Shown here one piece after another: positions 18,843 through 29,372 of a DNA stretch of 62,858 nucleotides (position 1 is the first letter of the stretch; each line of letters opens with the position of its first letter). Made by a program: the position numbers and the translations under genes. The DNA comes from a virus (taxonomy: Duplodnaviria > Caudoviricetes). The stretch lies in the IMG/VR virus record IMGVR_UViG_3300025131_005047, positions 1 to 62,858 of that record; one strand, written 5' to 3'. The notes below the pieces were generated by a model, which did not search any database, had not been told where the DNA came from, and saw nothing but the letters and a program-made list of their open reading frames with translations.

Positions 18843-19277
18843 TTAAATAGTCTTTATAATTTCCAATTTTATATTGGGATAATTTTTCATAGCTTTAGTT
18901 ACCGACGTGATATGTTTATCTTTATCTTCCCAGTATTTAACATGAACACATCCTGGATATTTCTTCAGAATTTTTTTTACTCTATTTCCTTTATCACGGT
19001 CCTCATTGTCAATTAAGTAATAATCATCAAAGATATAACCAAATCTATTAAGTAGATTTATTAACGGTTCTTTAACTTCCATTCTTCTATTAGATAGTAA
19101 AATAAATACACCTTCTGGGTCATAATTTAAAGATGTTGTATAATCCTTTTTAGTTTTTACTATAGCGGTAAAATTAAGGGCGGGGTCGAGACTTTCTTTT
19201 TGGTCGAGATATTCTATCGTCTCTTCGTAGGGTAAGCCGACAATTGTGTTGTCAAAATCAAATAGGTATATGGTCAT
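18843..19277 (-). CDS. Small capless HAD phosphatase (RNA-repair-type HAD-like)
   Basis: YLFDFDNT, LLSNR, DKG, YWEDKDKHI. Confidence 0.65.
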   Translation of the reverse strand: MTIYLFDFDNTIVGLPYEETIEYLDQKESLDPALNFTAIVKTKKDYTTSLNYDPEGVFILLSNRRMEVKEPLINLLNRFGYIFDDYYLIDNEDRDKGNRVKKILKKYPGCVHVKYWEDKDKHITSVTKAMKNYPNIKLEIIKTI

Positions 19278-19299
19278 ATAATATATTTTATTGTTAGTA

Positions 19300-19383
19300 C
19301 AAAGATACTAAAAAAATCTCAAATAACCATAACAAACTTCAATATAATTTATTTGGATTATATGAAACCTTTTATTATCTTTA
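19300..19383. promoter_or_regulatory. Divergent Bacteroidota-type promoters
   Basis: Minus strand TATCTTTG at 19307-19300 matches the TAnnTTTG -7 box. Plus strand TTTG (19352-19355), 20-nt spacer, TATCTTTA (19376-19383). Confidence 0.5.
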
Positions 19384-19432
19384 GAGTATAATATAATAGA
19401 AAACTAATGTATAATTATAAAATAAAGAAAAT

Positions 19433-19663
19433 ATGACTTACCTACTAATTTATTTACTTGTCTCAACTGTCGTAATGGCAGGTTTTGTTTTGTTGAACGA
19501 AAAACAATTACAGGAGAACTATCTTAAAATTGAAGAAGAGCGTAATGGTACACCATCTAATTTATGGTATAATTTTTATATATTAACCCATTTTTTAAAA
19601 GCTCCACTTTTATTTCCTTTAATATTTGTATTAATATTACGTAATGGTGGAAAGATTATATAA
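19433..19663 (+). CDS. Small membrane protein, two predicted TM helices
   Basis: Hydrophobic N- and C-terminal segments; has its own candidate promoter and terminator. Confidence 0.6.
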   Translation: MTYLLIYLLVSTVVMAGFVLLNEKQLQENYLKIEEERNGTPSNLWYNFYILTHFLKAPLLFPLIFVLILRNGGKII

Positions 19664-19664
19664 T

Positions 19665-19691
19665 AAAAAAAGGTCCGAAAGGACCTTTTTT
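19665..19691. terminator. Bidirectional intrinsic terminator
   Basis: AAAAAAAGGTCC-GAAA-GGACCTTTTTT between convergent genes. Confidence 0.85.
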
Positions 19692-19700
19692 AATTTATAT

Positions 19701-20954
19701 TTATTCAAGTTCTATCTCAGCGTATTCCTCACCAAGAGAAATCTCATCATCAATATCTTCAAGCGCTTCATCCTCTTCTACCTCTGGATAAGGTATTGGG
19801 TTACTTACCGCATCATAACTTCTAGGAGCTGTTCCTCCTGGTTTACCTGATGCCATTAATTCTGCGGTGTACGTCATAAAATTATTTAATTTAGTTAATG
19901 TGTTCATTATCTGATGTCTTGTTTTCTTATCTTTAATGAAGGTCCATGCCTTTTTAAGATTTGATACAATATTTTCTATCCCGCTAGCGGCTGAAACCCC
20001 AGGATTACGACCACCACTCCATTCTGACTGTTCTACCAGTAAATAATTTTTTCTAGCCAATCCTCTAATTCTTTCTTTAACAATAGACTTTCTTATTTCT
20101 GTAAAAGTCTCCTCAATCATTAAATCTAATTGCTCTAATTGACTTTTGTGGTATAAATCATCTACTGATTCAAAATGAGTACCATATTCGCCTCTATCTT
20201 CATGGTCTTCATCATAAGACATATCTTTTTTAAGAGCACTTCTATGACTTCTACTCATATCGTCATGTTTTAATCTGTACTCATCATGTCCTTCATCTGC
20301 ACCATAATTATAAGTTTCTTCACCCTCACTATCTTCTTCAAGAGCCACACTATTAAACTTCTCTAAAGCGTCCATCGCCTTCTTTGTTTGACGTACTTTT
20401 TCTCGATTTTCTTCATTATCCTCAGCATCTCCTTCTTCTTCTATTCTTTGTTGCTTTATATTAGAATCAACACCTACAACTCTAGATTTTCTACCATCAA
20501 ACTCACTTCTATCTGAATGGTCAATATCTTCATAACCTTCACCCATTTCATAATCTCTTAACTTATCCATATTTAAATAAGCCCCAATTTCATCTTCATC
20601 AAAACCTTCTGCACTTTGGTCTGCCGTATATCCTGGAGTAAACTCACCTTCTTCATAACTAGGTCGATGACCACCCCCACCTTTATCATGACTAGGTCGT
20701 CTTTCATGTCTATAATCATCAAAAATTTCCTCTTCATTGGTTACGGTCATATCAGTATAGAAATCTTCAGAATCTGCTATAGCTAGGTCTACCGGGGGAG
20801 TTAACTGTTCGTTATATTGTTTTTCCATTAATCGAGTTAATTGTTCCTCACTAACCACTATTTCTTGAGGCTGTGACCCATAAGTTTCATGAATCTTCTT
20901 GGTTTTACCTAAACCTTCTAATATATTAGACTTTTTTAAATTGATTTTCTTCAT
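19701..20954 (-). CDS. Highly acidic low-complexity protein, candidate internal head protein
   Basis: 417 aa, Glu/Asp-rich, starts 2 nt after the sheath stop; many hydrophobic-x-E sites (ILE, IHE, VSEEQL, LME, LVE). Confidence 0.5.
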   Translation of the reverse strand: MKKINLKKSNILEGLGKTKKIHETYGSQPQEIVVSEEQLTRLMEKQYNEQLTPPVDLAIADSEDFYTDMTVTNEEEIFDDYRHERRPSHDKGGGGHRPSYEEGEFTPGYTADQSAEGFDEDEIGAYLNMDKLRDYEMGEGYEDIDHSDRSEFDGRKSRVVGVDSNIKQQRIEEEGDAEDNEENREKVRQTKKAMDALEKFNSVALEEDSEGEETYNYGADEGHDEYRLKHDDMSRSHRSALKKDMSYDEDHEDRGEYGTHFESVDDLYHKSQLEQLDLMIEETFTEIRKSIVKERIRGLARKNYLLVEQSEWSGGRNPGVSAASGIENIVSNLKKAWTFIKDKKTRHQIMNTLTKLNNFMTYTAELMASGKPGGTAPRSYDAVSNPIPYPEVEEDEALEDIDDEISLGEEYAEIELE

Positions 20955-20956
20955 TT

Positions 20957-23900
20957 TTATACGTTCTCAAAAGATGCTCCTGTTGGAGTTATTAGGAATT
21001 CAACACTAATGAATTCAAGTGACCTTGTTGGTTTGATATAAATCTTACCTTCCAAGGTATTTTGGTCTATTAATTGTGGGTCATCAGATAGTACCACTCT
21101 AAAGTCTGTTAATCCTCTTTCTCTTCTAATAGAATCTAGAATTGGGTTTACTAAGTCTAAGAACTCATTTCTAACCTGTTCATCATTTTGTTCAAACAAT
21201 AATCTAACAGCAACTGCCGATATAAGTTTTCTAGCCTGTAGTAATAATCTTCTAACATTAATTCTATCTAACGCGGATTCTCTAATTTGTAAAGTTTTAT
21301 TACCCCAGATTACCGTACCTACATCAGAGTAGGTTGCAATTGGATTGATTCTACCTTGATAAAGGGTGTCTCTCTCATCTAGTGTAAGTTTCTTTCTTGC
21401 TTTAACAGCGTTTACAATACCCCGAGTATAACCAGCCGATGCGAACCATGGGAATGATATGTTATCCGTCAATGCTATGTTTCTCATTACCTCGTATGTT
21501 GGTGGTATGTATATTCTTACATTATTTTCTGTGTCATTATTAAGTACCCAAGGATAGTAAGTAGCCGTATAGTTAGAATCTATTCCAGTATTCTCTAAAG
21601 CTTGAACCGCGTTTAGAGGTGAAACGATACTAGCAGCATCACTCGGTGTAGCAACAAACATATTATAATCTGGTGTAGTTGCCACGTAAAGTGAATCCGC
21701 TCTATCATCCTCAATCATTTCTATAGATTCTTCTACTAAGTTACTATTATTAACATAATCAATACCTGGAGTAGCGAATATATTAATATTAACAGCTTCA
21801 GGATTAGCAAATGTGTGAATACCATCTAAATATGGATAATAATCCGTACTTGCGTCTAATGTACCGATTGGTTTGAATGAACCGTCACCAGTTGCGTTAG
21901 GGTATTCTGTAGTTGGACATGCTCCAGCTAAGTAACCACTTTGTCCTCTTCTATACGCGTCAGAATTACTTCTAGTTTTTCTATAGATATCCCAACCATC
22001 GAATCCACCATATGGTAGTACAGTGAATTTTCTTGAGTTTAATCTATAATAAGGGTCAGTAACTAAGATAGGTTCTGCTTGGAATGTAGCCTCTCCAACC
22101 ACAAATTGGTTGGTTATTCCAGATGTACCACCTACAGGACAACCACAATTAATAACTGCACATAACTCACCTTGTGTATAAGTACAGGTAGCATCTTTAT
22201 CCAGGTGGAACCCTTGTGTTAAACAAGGCCAGTCATTACCTGTAGGGTCTGCACATTTATCATTTGGTGCTTGTTTTCCTTTATAGTGGAAGAAATCTGG
22301 GTCGATTCCAATTGTGTCAGATATACCCAAATAAACCTGTCTTGGTTTATCTCCAGCACTAATAACTTCATTGCTTCCTCCTGATGATGTTCCAAACGGA
22401 GGATTATAAATTATTTCTCCTGGAGAATCATATTTTCTTTTATAAAGAACTGTTGGGTTCTTTCTACTAGCGTATTTTCTAAATAAGTAACCTTCAAAAC
22501 CACAAGGTAACGCTGTCCAAAGAGTATCGTCCATTTCAATATCTGGATTCATTTCTAACATTGCGTATCTACTCATTAATTCATATGTACCATCTGAAGT
22601 TCCAACTTTTTTACCTATGTAACTATTCAAGGTTGGGTTCAAACTACATCTAGTGTATTTCTCTAAAACTATTGGGTTAGCGTCCGTATCATTAAAGTCT
22701 CTGATAACAAAATCAAACTCAGCTCTTTCAAAACTAAGATTAATAATTGAGAATTTAACTGCTCTATTTGCTGCATCTCCATCAGGAATTGTTATAAATC
22801 TAAATAATTGGTATACTTTGAAACCTCTTAATTCAGATACAATCCATGGTGTTACTGGTGTTTGCCATTTTTCTTGATAGAATGCGATAGTATCCGTGTT
22901 AGCTGCTTCTCTAAATGAAGGTAGTGCTTGTAAAGTACATCTTAATCCTCTTACATAACCTTTTTTCCAGAAATGAGTTAACATTTTAGGATAAGCCTCC
23001 TCAACAAAAATAGGTACTTGTGTAGTGTCCCTATCAAAGTTACCAACACCATAAACTCGTTTTATATAATTTGTAGAACTTTCATTCATTGAAACATCAA
23101 ACATTCTACTTGTTCCTAATTTATCTATTACTCTCATACCAAAATCAGCAAATGGGTTGTTTAATACTTGACTCCATGTTGCCCCTGTACATACAAAAGC
23201 TACATCGGTTGCCCCGGTTACATCATAAAGTGGACCACCCGAACTTAAAGTACTTAACCCTCTCGAACGGAAAGTTGCAACTACTTGGTCATGATATTCA
23301 CAAAAAGTGTCTCCACTTAGTCGACACATTGTTATTGTAGTAATACCACTATATTGTGATTGTTGAATACTTGTTCCTGTGGTTGAAATATCTATTGCTG
23401 ATGTATAGGTCCCTGTTCCTCCACTTCTCGCTCCTAAAGTAAATAAAACAGAATAACCATCATATTTGTTTGTTACGGCATTATAATCAAAGAAATTATA
23501 TGTCCAAGTATCGTTCTTGTCGTCACATCTATCTGAACAGTGACTACTTAATCTATCAAACACTCCCCATCCATGAGTGTGAGGGTCAGTTCCGGTAATT
23601 ACACCATAAGGTATTGGTGCATTCATTTCAGGATAATTAATTGAGTTACCTGAACATACGCCAGAGTACTCTGCAAACTGGTGACAACCATATGACCATC
23701 CTAGACCTGTTCCTGATACAGCTACATCTGCTGGTGAGCCGTCTAAAGCGACTGGATGTTGTCCATTTAATTTTCCTGCTGCATATGTATAAAATGATGT
23801 TAAATCTGCTCTTAATGTAGTTGTACTTCCATTATACAATTCTATTGTGTTATCCATTCTATCACCTAAAAAAGTTGAACCCGCGATAATACTATCTATT

Positions 23901-24424
23901 ACCGAACCACCACCTGCATTTTTTACTGTGTTAGTAGAAGCAGTAAATACTGTTGTAAATAAAGCTTCGGTTGAACAATCTTCTGTAAGGCCTGTTATGC
24001 CGTCACAACATTGTGTAACAGCACTCATTGATGGGTCTTTTACATGACATAAATGTTTTAATGTTGTACAATCTAAATCTCCTAAAGTTATTACCGACCA
24101 AGAAGGTCCTGCGTCATAACCAGAATATCCTAATACTCTTGTTACAAATAGTTGATTTGATTGTTGTAAATAAGCTTTAGCGATATACCCCAATTCGTAT
24201 TTAGGTATCTGAGAGCCTACGTACTTTTCAGCACTTACACCCCCAAAATATGTGGTAAAATCACCATATGAACTTATAAAAATCGGCTCAAAAGCCGGTC
24301 CTCTTAATGCTTCTCCTGAAAGTCCTAATGTAGTAACTCCTACACTTTGTGATACGAAACTAAGGTCTTTCTCCGAAGTATACACCCCGGGGGAAACAAA
24401 AACTCTGTTAGAATTGTTAGCCAT
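20957..24424 (-). CDS. Tail sheath protein (T4 gp18-like) with large Cys/Thr-rich insertions
   Basis: FVSPGVYTSEKD, PWFASAGYTRG, RDTLYQGRINPI, IWGNKTLQ, ALDRINVRRLL, LFEQND, IYIKPTRSLEFI. Confidence 0.95.
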   Translation of the reverse strand: MANNSNRVFVSPGVYTSEKDLSFVSQSVGVTTLGLSGEALRGPAFEPIFISSYGDFTTYFGGVSAEKYVGSQIPKYELGYIAKAYLQQSNQLFVTRVLGYSGYDAGPSWSVITLGDLDCTTLKHLCHVKDPSMSAVTQCCDGITGLTEDCSTEALFTTVFTASTNTVKNAGGGSVIDSIIAGSTFLGDRMDNTIELYNGSTTTLRADLTSFYTYAAGKLNGQHPVALDGSPADVAVSGTGLGWSYGCHQFAEYSGVCSGNSINYPEMNAPIPYGVITGTDPHTHGWGVFDRLSSHCSDRCDDKNDTWTYNFFDYNAVTNKYDGYSVLFTLGARSGGTGTYTSAIDISTTGTSIQQSQYSGITTITMCRLSGDTFCEYHDQVVATFRSRGLSTLSSGGPLYDVTGATDVAFVCTGATWSQVLNNPFADFGMRVIDKLGTSRMFDVSMNESSTNYIKRVYGVGNFDRDTTQVPIFVEEAYPKMLTHFWKKGYVRGLRCTLQALPSFREAANTDTIAFYQEKWQTPVTPWIVSELRGFKVYQLFRFITIPDGDAANRAVKFSIINLSFERAEFDFVIRDFNDTDANPIVLEKYTRCSLNPTLNSYIGKKVGTSDGTYELMSRYAMLEMNPDIEMDDTLWTALPCGFEGYLFRKYASRKNPTVLYKRKYDSPGEIIYNPPFGTSSGGSNEVISAGDKPRQVYLGISDTIGIDPDFFHYKGKQAPNDKCADPTGNDWPCLTQGFHLDKDATCTYTQGELCAVINCGCPVGGTSGITNQFVVGEATFQAEPILVTDPYYRLNSRKFTVLPYGGFDGWDIYRKTRSNSDAYRRGQSGYLAGACPTTEYPNATGDGSFKPIGTLDASTDYYPYLDGIHTFANPEAVNINIFATPGIDYVNNSNLVEESIEMIEDDRADSLYVATTPDYNMFVATPSDAASIVSPLNAVQALENTGIDSNYTATYYPWVLNNDTENNVRIYIPPTYEVMRNIALTDNISFPWFASAGYTRGIVNAVKARKKLTLDERDTLYQGRINPIATYSDVGTVIWGNKTLQIRESALDRINVRRLLLQARKLISAVAVRLLFEQNDEQVRNEFLDLVNPILDSIRRERGLTDFRVVLSDDPQLIDQNTLEGKIYIKPTRSLEFISVEFLITPTGASFENV

Positions 24425-24534
24425 CTGTTATTATTTTAATTTTTGTTTATTAGTTTTATTTCTTAATAAATATGAATCTCTTATCGAAAAGAATTACATA
24501 AAACTAGGTATTTATGATTAAGTAGGAATAAAGT

Positions 24535-24720
24535 ATGACTATTTTCTACCTTACGACTATGAATGATAAGAAACCCATAAAAAACCTTAAAATTAAACCT
24601 GAAATACACAAGGTGTTAAAAGACTATTGCAATAAGAATGGTTTAAAAATGTTTAAGTTTGTAGAAAAACTAATTTTAGATAAATGTATCCCTAAAAAAG
24701 ACATTTATGGGGACTCATAA
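24535..24720 (+). CDS. Small ribbon-helix-helix-like DNA-binding protein
   Basis: KNLKIKPEIHKVLKDYCNKNGLKMFKFVEKLI fits a beta-helix-helix pattern; true start may be a later Met. Confidence 0.55.
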   Translation: MTIFYLTTMNDKKPIKNLKIKPEIHKVLKDYCNKNGLKMFKFVEKLILDKCIPKKDIYGDS

Positions 24721-25884
24721 TATGTTTCCACAAAACTCTATAGAAGCTGGGTAATATGGATTGGTTGGTGTCACCATTAAACTTAATACATCTTCATTAC
24801 TAATTTCTATTATTTTGCCGTAATCTATCCCTAAGAATATTCCGTTTTGGTATACTGTGTAGGTTCCGACATTATGTTGAGCAGAAATTTGTAAATTAAT
24901 AGTATAGTTATAAGTTTTAGTAACTGAATGAGTTGTAGTAATAGTATATCCCGTACTAGAAATTCCTGTACTTCCGTTAGTGCAAGTATCACCACTTTGT
25001 CCGTTATAGGTGCATCCGCTATAAAAATCCCAGGACTCACAAACTTTATCTGGATTTTCATCGCTGATACTATGAGGTCTATTCTTTTTAGTTTTAGTGT
25101 CAGTTTCAAAAACTAATAAAGACCTAGAGATAGCAGGAGTAACCTCAAACTCCTCCTCATCAATCAAAAATCCTTGCATCTGAAAAGTATAATTTTGCAT
25201 ATAAAATTTTCTACTTTCTAAATCTGATATTTGACTTTCATCACTTATCGTCTCAAGGATGATTGGTATATAATGACCTTTTACAAATGTATAAGCCTGT
25301 CTAGAACTAAATTTCTGTAACACAACTCTATTAAATTGATTTAATTCTCTCATTCTATTACAAACTAATCTCACATCATAAGTTATATCTATAGGAACTG
25401 GTTGTGGTATCTTATATAAATCCATTCCTTTTCTTTGGCCATCCCAAGTAGGTACTTTCGCATAGTGAAAAGTTTTTCTATTAGGTATTGTATATTGTAG
25501 GGAAGGATTAGTTCCAAATTGTACATCAGGCCTCCTAACTACGCACACAAATGGTAGAGTTATGTTCTCATCTCCGTCTACAAATTTCCATGTATTAGTA
25601 AACTCACCCCATCTCTGTGTGGTTAAAATCTGTTTAATTAGCGGAACTTCTTTTCCTTGTAATGTTATAGGAAGCTCTGCCTTTACAAAATCTAACATTC
25701 CTAAATCTAAATCCGCATGTAAAACACTTTTAGGCAAATAAGTTCCGTCCTCTGTTATAAATTCTGCTAGTTGTCTTCTTCTCTCAGGAGTGGCATACCC
25801 ATTATAACCATGTGGATAATTCTGTTGGTTTCTCACCACAGGATAGATATCTAATGTTTTTTTTACTTTTTTAGGTATTGCCAT
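24715..25884 (-). CDS. Tail terminator / sheath stabiliser (T4 gp15-like) with Thr/Cys-rich C-terminal extension
   Basis: ITLPFVCVVR...IPQPVPIDITYDV...RELNQFN...YTFQMQGFL; adjacent to neck and sheath genes. Confidence 0.65.
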   Translation of the reverse strand: MAIPKKVKKTLDIYPVVRNQQNYPHGYNGYATPERRRQLAEFITEDGTYLPKSVLHADLDLGMLDFVKAELPITLQGKEVPLIKQILTTQRWGEFTNTWKFVDGDENITLPFVCVVRRPDVQFGTNPSLQYTIPNRKTFHYAKVPTWDGQRKGMDLYKIPQPVPIDITYDVRLVCNRMRELNQFNRVVLQKFSSRQAYTFVKGHYIPIILETISDESQISDLESRKFYMQNYTFQMQGFLIDEEEFEVTPAISRSLLVFETDTKTKKNRPHSISDENPDKVCESWDFYSGCTYNGQSGDTCTNGSTGISSTGYTITTTHSVTKTYNYTINLQISAQHNVGTYTVYQNGIFLGIDYGKIIEISNEDVLSLMVTPTNPYYPASIEFCGNIL

Positions 25885-25886
25885 TT

Positions 25887-26402
25887 TTATATTCCTTTAA
25901 ATTCATTAGGCTGTGTTGGTACACATACTAGGGTTCTATAAAATGATTTATAACCTAATATAGTGTGAGTATTATCTGAAGTTACTTTACCATCATTTGC
26001 AACTGTATAGTAATTAACTTTATCTTCGGACTCTGCATATCCAATATAATCCCCATACCTTATATCGATAGATAATTCTTCTAAATGTTTTTTATAAACA
26101 CTAACTCTAAGATTACCGGGCTCATTATATCTTGCAAGCCCTGATGCATATGAAGAATTTGCAGGTTCAGCAATTTGTACTAAAGCTTTAAACTCAACAG
26201 GAGGGAAATATCTTATTTCATCTGGTGACGCTTCCCCATACACATCATCCACATTTGTCTTCTGTCTATCAACACTATACAATACTAAGGTAAAATTTAA
26301 CCAACCATGTAGCCATTCCATGCCCATTCTTTCTTGAAGACGGAAATCTTCAGAGCCAAAAAATTTATTTACCCTAGTTATTGGTATTTTTTTATCACTC
26401 AT
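25887..26402 (-). CDS. Neck / head-closure protein (T4 gp14-like)
   Basis: DDVYGEA...FPPVEF...HLEELSIDIRYGDYI pattern; position next to gp15-like gene. Confidence 0.6.
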   Translation of the reverse strand: MSDKKIPITRVNKFFGSEDFRLQERMGMEWLHGWLNFTLVLYSVDRQKTNVDDVYGEASPDEIRYFPPVEFKALVQIAEPANSSYASGLARYNEPGNLRVSVYKKHLEELSIDIRYGDYIGYAESEDKVNYYTVANDGKVTSDNTHTILGYKSFYRTLVCVPTQPNEFKGI

Positions 26403-26466
26403 GTCCTCTTTTTATTTATAAATATCATATAAAGCCTTATATTTATGGTGTAAAAATTTATAAACT

Positions 26467-28203
26467 TTGGAAGTTAAGATACCTGAAAGAGAAGCGTCGG
26501 CAATCCTAGAATCATATTCTGGGGCAAATAACTATATTTTACTCATAAAAGATAAGTGTAAAAGCAAATACTATAAACTTAGTAGAAATCAAGCAGAATA
26601 TATAATAAAGCATAAAAATTCTGTACCTAAGATTGCAAGAAAGTGGGTAATGATTGACACTTATTATGGAATACAGTTACAAGAAAAAAAATTACTTACA
26701 ACTACACCTAAACAAATTTGGGTTGAGAAGATTTTAATAGAAAAAAACAAATCCTATCAAATATGGGGTAAGGTGGTAGAAAATGAGGAATTTTATGCTT
26801 TTTGGGTTCCAAAATCACAAATAGTCCCAACCACCAATAAAAAAATAGAAGTAGACTATTCTCCTTTTAGTCATCGTCCCCCACTACCACATCAAAAAAT
26901 AGCAATAGAAAGATTATTAACTAATGAAAAATATATTTTAGCTGATGATATGGGATTAGGTAAAACTACATGTGCTGTTATTTCGTCAATTGTTCAAAAA
27001 TCTAAAAAAACCTTAATTATATGCCCGGCATCACTTAAACTAAATTGGAAAAAAGAAATTGAAAATTATTTTAAAGGTACAATAGGTATTGTTGAGGGTA
27101 AAAATTGGGTTGATGATGATTATATAATTATAAATTATGATATACTAAAGAACTTCCATTCGTTAGACAATGATGAAAAAAGAGATATAATAAATAGTAA
27201 ATTTGATTTAGTGATTATAGATGAAGCTCATTACATATCTAATTCCAAAGCTCAGCGTACCAAAATAGTTAACCAAATTACCAATAAAATAAAAAGTGTA
27301 TGGTTGTTGTCCGGTACACCAATGACCTCTCGCCCTATTAATTATTATAATCTCTTAAAAATTGTGGGTAGTAGAGCTACTAATAATTGGGTGGGTTATG
27401 TTTTGAGATATTGTTCTGGAAGACAGTTTCGTGGACCTGGAGGGAGGAAAATATGGGATGTAAATGGAGCTTCTAATTTAGATGAACTTAGAGAACGTAC
27501 TCAAAATAAAGTACTAAGAAGATTAAAGGAAGAAGTTATTGATTTACCAGATAAAATAATAACCCCACTATATCAAGAATTAAAATCAAAAGAATATGAA
27601 AAAGAAGTTGGTGAATATATTGATTGGTCCGATGACAATCAAAACCAAGGTATTGCTATCCATCTAGCTAAACTTATGAAAGTAAGACAAATAATAGCAA
27701 ATGATAAGATAGATATTACATGTGAATTAATAAGCCAAGCTATTGAGCAAGAAAAGAAAGTTATTGTTTTTACTAATTTTACAGCTCCTTTAATGGCAAT
27801 GCATGAGAAATTTAAAAAGAATTCGGTTGTTCTTCACGGTAGTATGAAAAAAGAAGAAAGACAACAAAGTATTGACGATTTTCAAAATAACCCAGAAATT
27901 AAAGTTTTTATAGCTAATTTAAAAGCTGGAGGTGTGGGTATTACCCTAACTGCTGCTGAGGTAGTTATTATGAATGATTTAAGTTTTGTACCTTCGGACC
28001 ATTCACAAGCAGAAGATAGAGCGTTTAGAATAGGTCAGAAAAAAAACGTATCCATACTCTATCCTATATATGAAAATACCATAGAACAAATAATTTATAA
28101 CATATTACAAAAGAAAAAAAATATAATAGATACTGTTATGGGAGATAATATGTCTGACAATGATATATTTCAAGAAATATTAAGTGAATTGAAGACATTA
28201 TAA
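26467..28203 (+). CDS. SNF2-family helicase (SMARCAL1/HARP-like)
   Basis: LADDMGLGKT, ICPASLKLNW, IIDEAH, LSGTP, AGGVGITLT, QAEDRAFRIGQ; TTG start. Confidence 0.92.
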   Translation: MEVKIPEREASAILESYSGANNYILLIKDKCKSKYYKLSRNQAEYIIKHKNSVPKIARKWVMIDTYYGIQLQEKKLLTTTPKQIWVEKILIEKNKSYQIWGKVVENEEFYAFWVPKSQIVPTTNKKIEVDYSPFSHRPPLPHQKIAIERLLTNEKYILADDMGLGKTTCAVISSIVQKSKKTLIICPASLKLNWKKEIENYFKGTIGIVEGKNWVDDDYIIINYDILKNFHSLDNDEKRDIINSKFDLVIIDEAHYISNSKAQRTKIVNQITNKIKSVWLLSGTPMTSRPINYYNLLKIVGSRATNNWVGYVLRYCSGRQFRGPGGRKIWDVNGASNLDELRERTQNKVLRRLKEEVIDLPDKIITPLYQELKSKEYEKEVGEYIDWSDDNQNQGIAIHLAKLMKVRQIIANDKIDITCELISQAIEQEKKVIVFTNFTAPLMAMHEKFKKNSVVLHGSMKKEERQQSIDDFQNNPEIKVFIANLKAGGVGITLTAAEVVIMNDLSFVPSDHSQAEDRAFRIGQKKNVSILYPIYENTIEQIIYNILQKKKNIIDTVMGDNMSDNDIFQEILSELKTL

Positions 28204-28246
28204 GATATTTATCGTTATAGAAAAATAACTATTTATAAATAAAGAT

Positions 28247-29371
28247 ATGTCAACAATAATAACAACTACCGAAAGAACCAAGCTATATACCCAATTAAAA
28301 CATCAATTAGGAGCACCTATTATTGGTGTTGAGTTAGAAGACGAAATGTTGGATTCCTTATTAGAACTTTCAGTTTTAGATTACGGGATGTACGTACAAG
28401 ATTGGCTTATAGAAAATCAATGGTCATCACTTTATGATATTAGTATAGACGAAGCTGATTTAACTAGAGCGTTTATGACCAGAAGTTTAGATTGGGAAAC
28501 ATCGTTTACTTATGCATACTCAAAAATAGTAGGGTTACAAACTGCGGGGCCTTGGGAACTTAAAAAAGACTTTGTTTCTTTAAGTGCTAATACACAAATA
28601 TATCAAATTCCAGCAAATAGAGAAATTAATGAAATAATGTGGTATACTAGACCAGAATTAAATGAAATGTTAGTTGACCCATTTTTAGGTGGGTTTGGTG
28701 GTCTAGGTGGTATTGGTATGGGCGGTGGCCTTGGTGGTTGGGCTCAAATGGGAATTGTTGGTTCCTACTATATGATGCCAGCTAATGATTTATTATTAAG
28801 AATGGCAGATAGAAATATAAAAAATAGACTTATTGGTTCAGAATTAACATATAGAGTTACAGCTGGACCTAATGGTACTAAATTTCTTCATTTATATAAT
28901 GTTCCTGGTGGAACATTTGATTTCGGAAGTCAAGAAATACATGATTCTAGATGTTGGTACTGGTATTACGATACTAGTAAAGATGGTAGAGACGCTTGTT
29001 TAGAAGCAAATTCTGACGTTGTTTTACTACCATCCGATGTTCCCATAGAGGCGATTAAATATGTAGACCTTAATCCCCCAGCTAGAGCATGGATTAGGAG
29101 ATACTTTACTGCTTTAGCAAAAGAAACTTTAGGTAGGGTAAGAGGTAAATATAGTGGAGCTTTAAAAGTACCAGATAGTGAATTAACTATGGACTATTCT
29201 AGTTTACAAACTGAAGGTATAGATGAAAAAGCTAAACTTATAGAAGAATTAACTGGTAGACTGGAGAGACTTAGACAAGATACTATGATGGAAAGAAAAG
29301 CTAATGAAGCTGAGAATCTAAATAAGTCATTACAATATCGTCCTTTTCAGGACCCTTATAACGTAATTTAA
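28247..29371 (+). CDS. Neck protein / head-tail adaptor (T4 gp13-like)
   Basis: LGAPIIGVEL, WIRRYFTALAKETLGRVRGKY, EGIDEKAKLIEEL. Confidence 0.85.
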   Translation: MSTIITTTERTKLYTQLKHQLGAPIIGVELEDEMLDSLLELSVLDYGMYVQDWLIENQWSSLYDISIDEADLTRAFMTRSLDWETSFTYAYSKIVGLQTAGPWELKKDFVSLSANTQIYQIPANREINEIMWYTRPELNEMLVDPFLGGFGGLGGIGMGGGLGGWAQMGIVGSYYMMPANDLLLRMADRNIKNRLIGSELTYRVTAGPNGTKFLHLYNVPGGTFDFGSQEIHDSRCWYWYYDTSKDGRDACLEANSDVVLLPSDVPIEAIKYVDLNPPARAWIRRYFTALAKETLGRVRGKYSGALKVPDSELTMDYSSLQTEGIDEKAKLIEELTGRLERLRQDTMMERKANEAENLNKSLQYRPFQDPYNVI

Positions 29372-29372
29372 T

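Noticed and set aside
6218-24424. Bacterial contractile injection system or tailocin
   Set aside because: Neck genes, DNA polymerase, helicase and late sigma indicate a phage genome.
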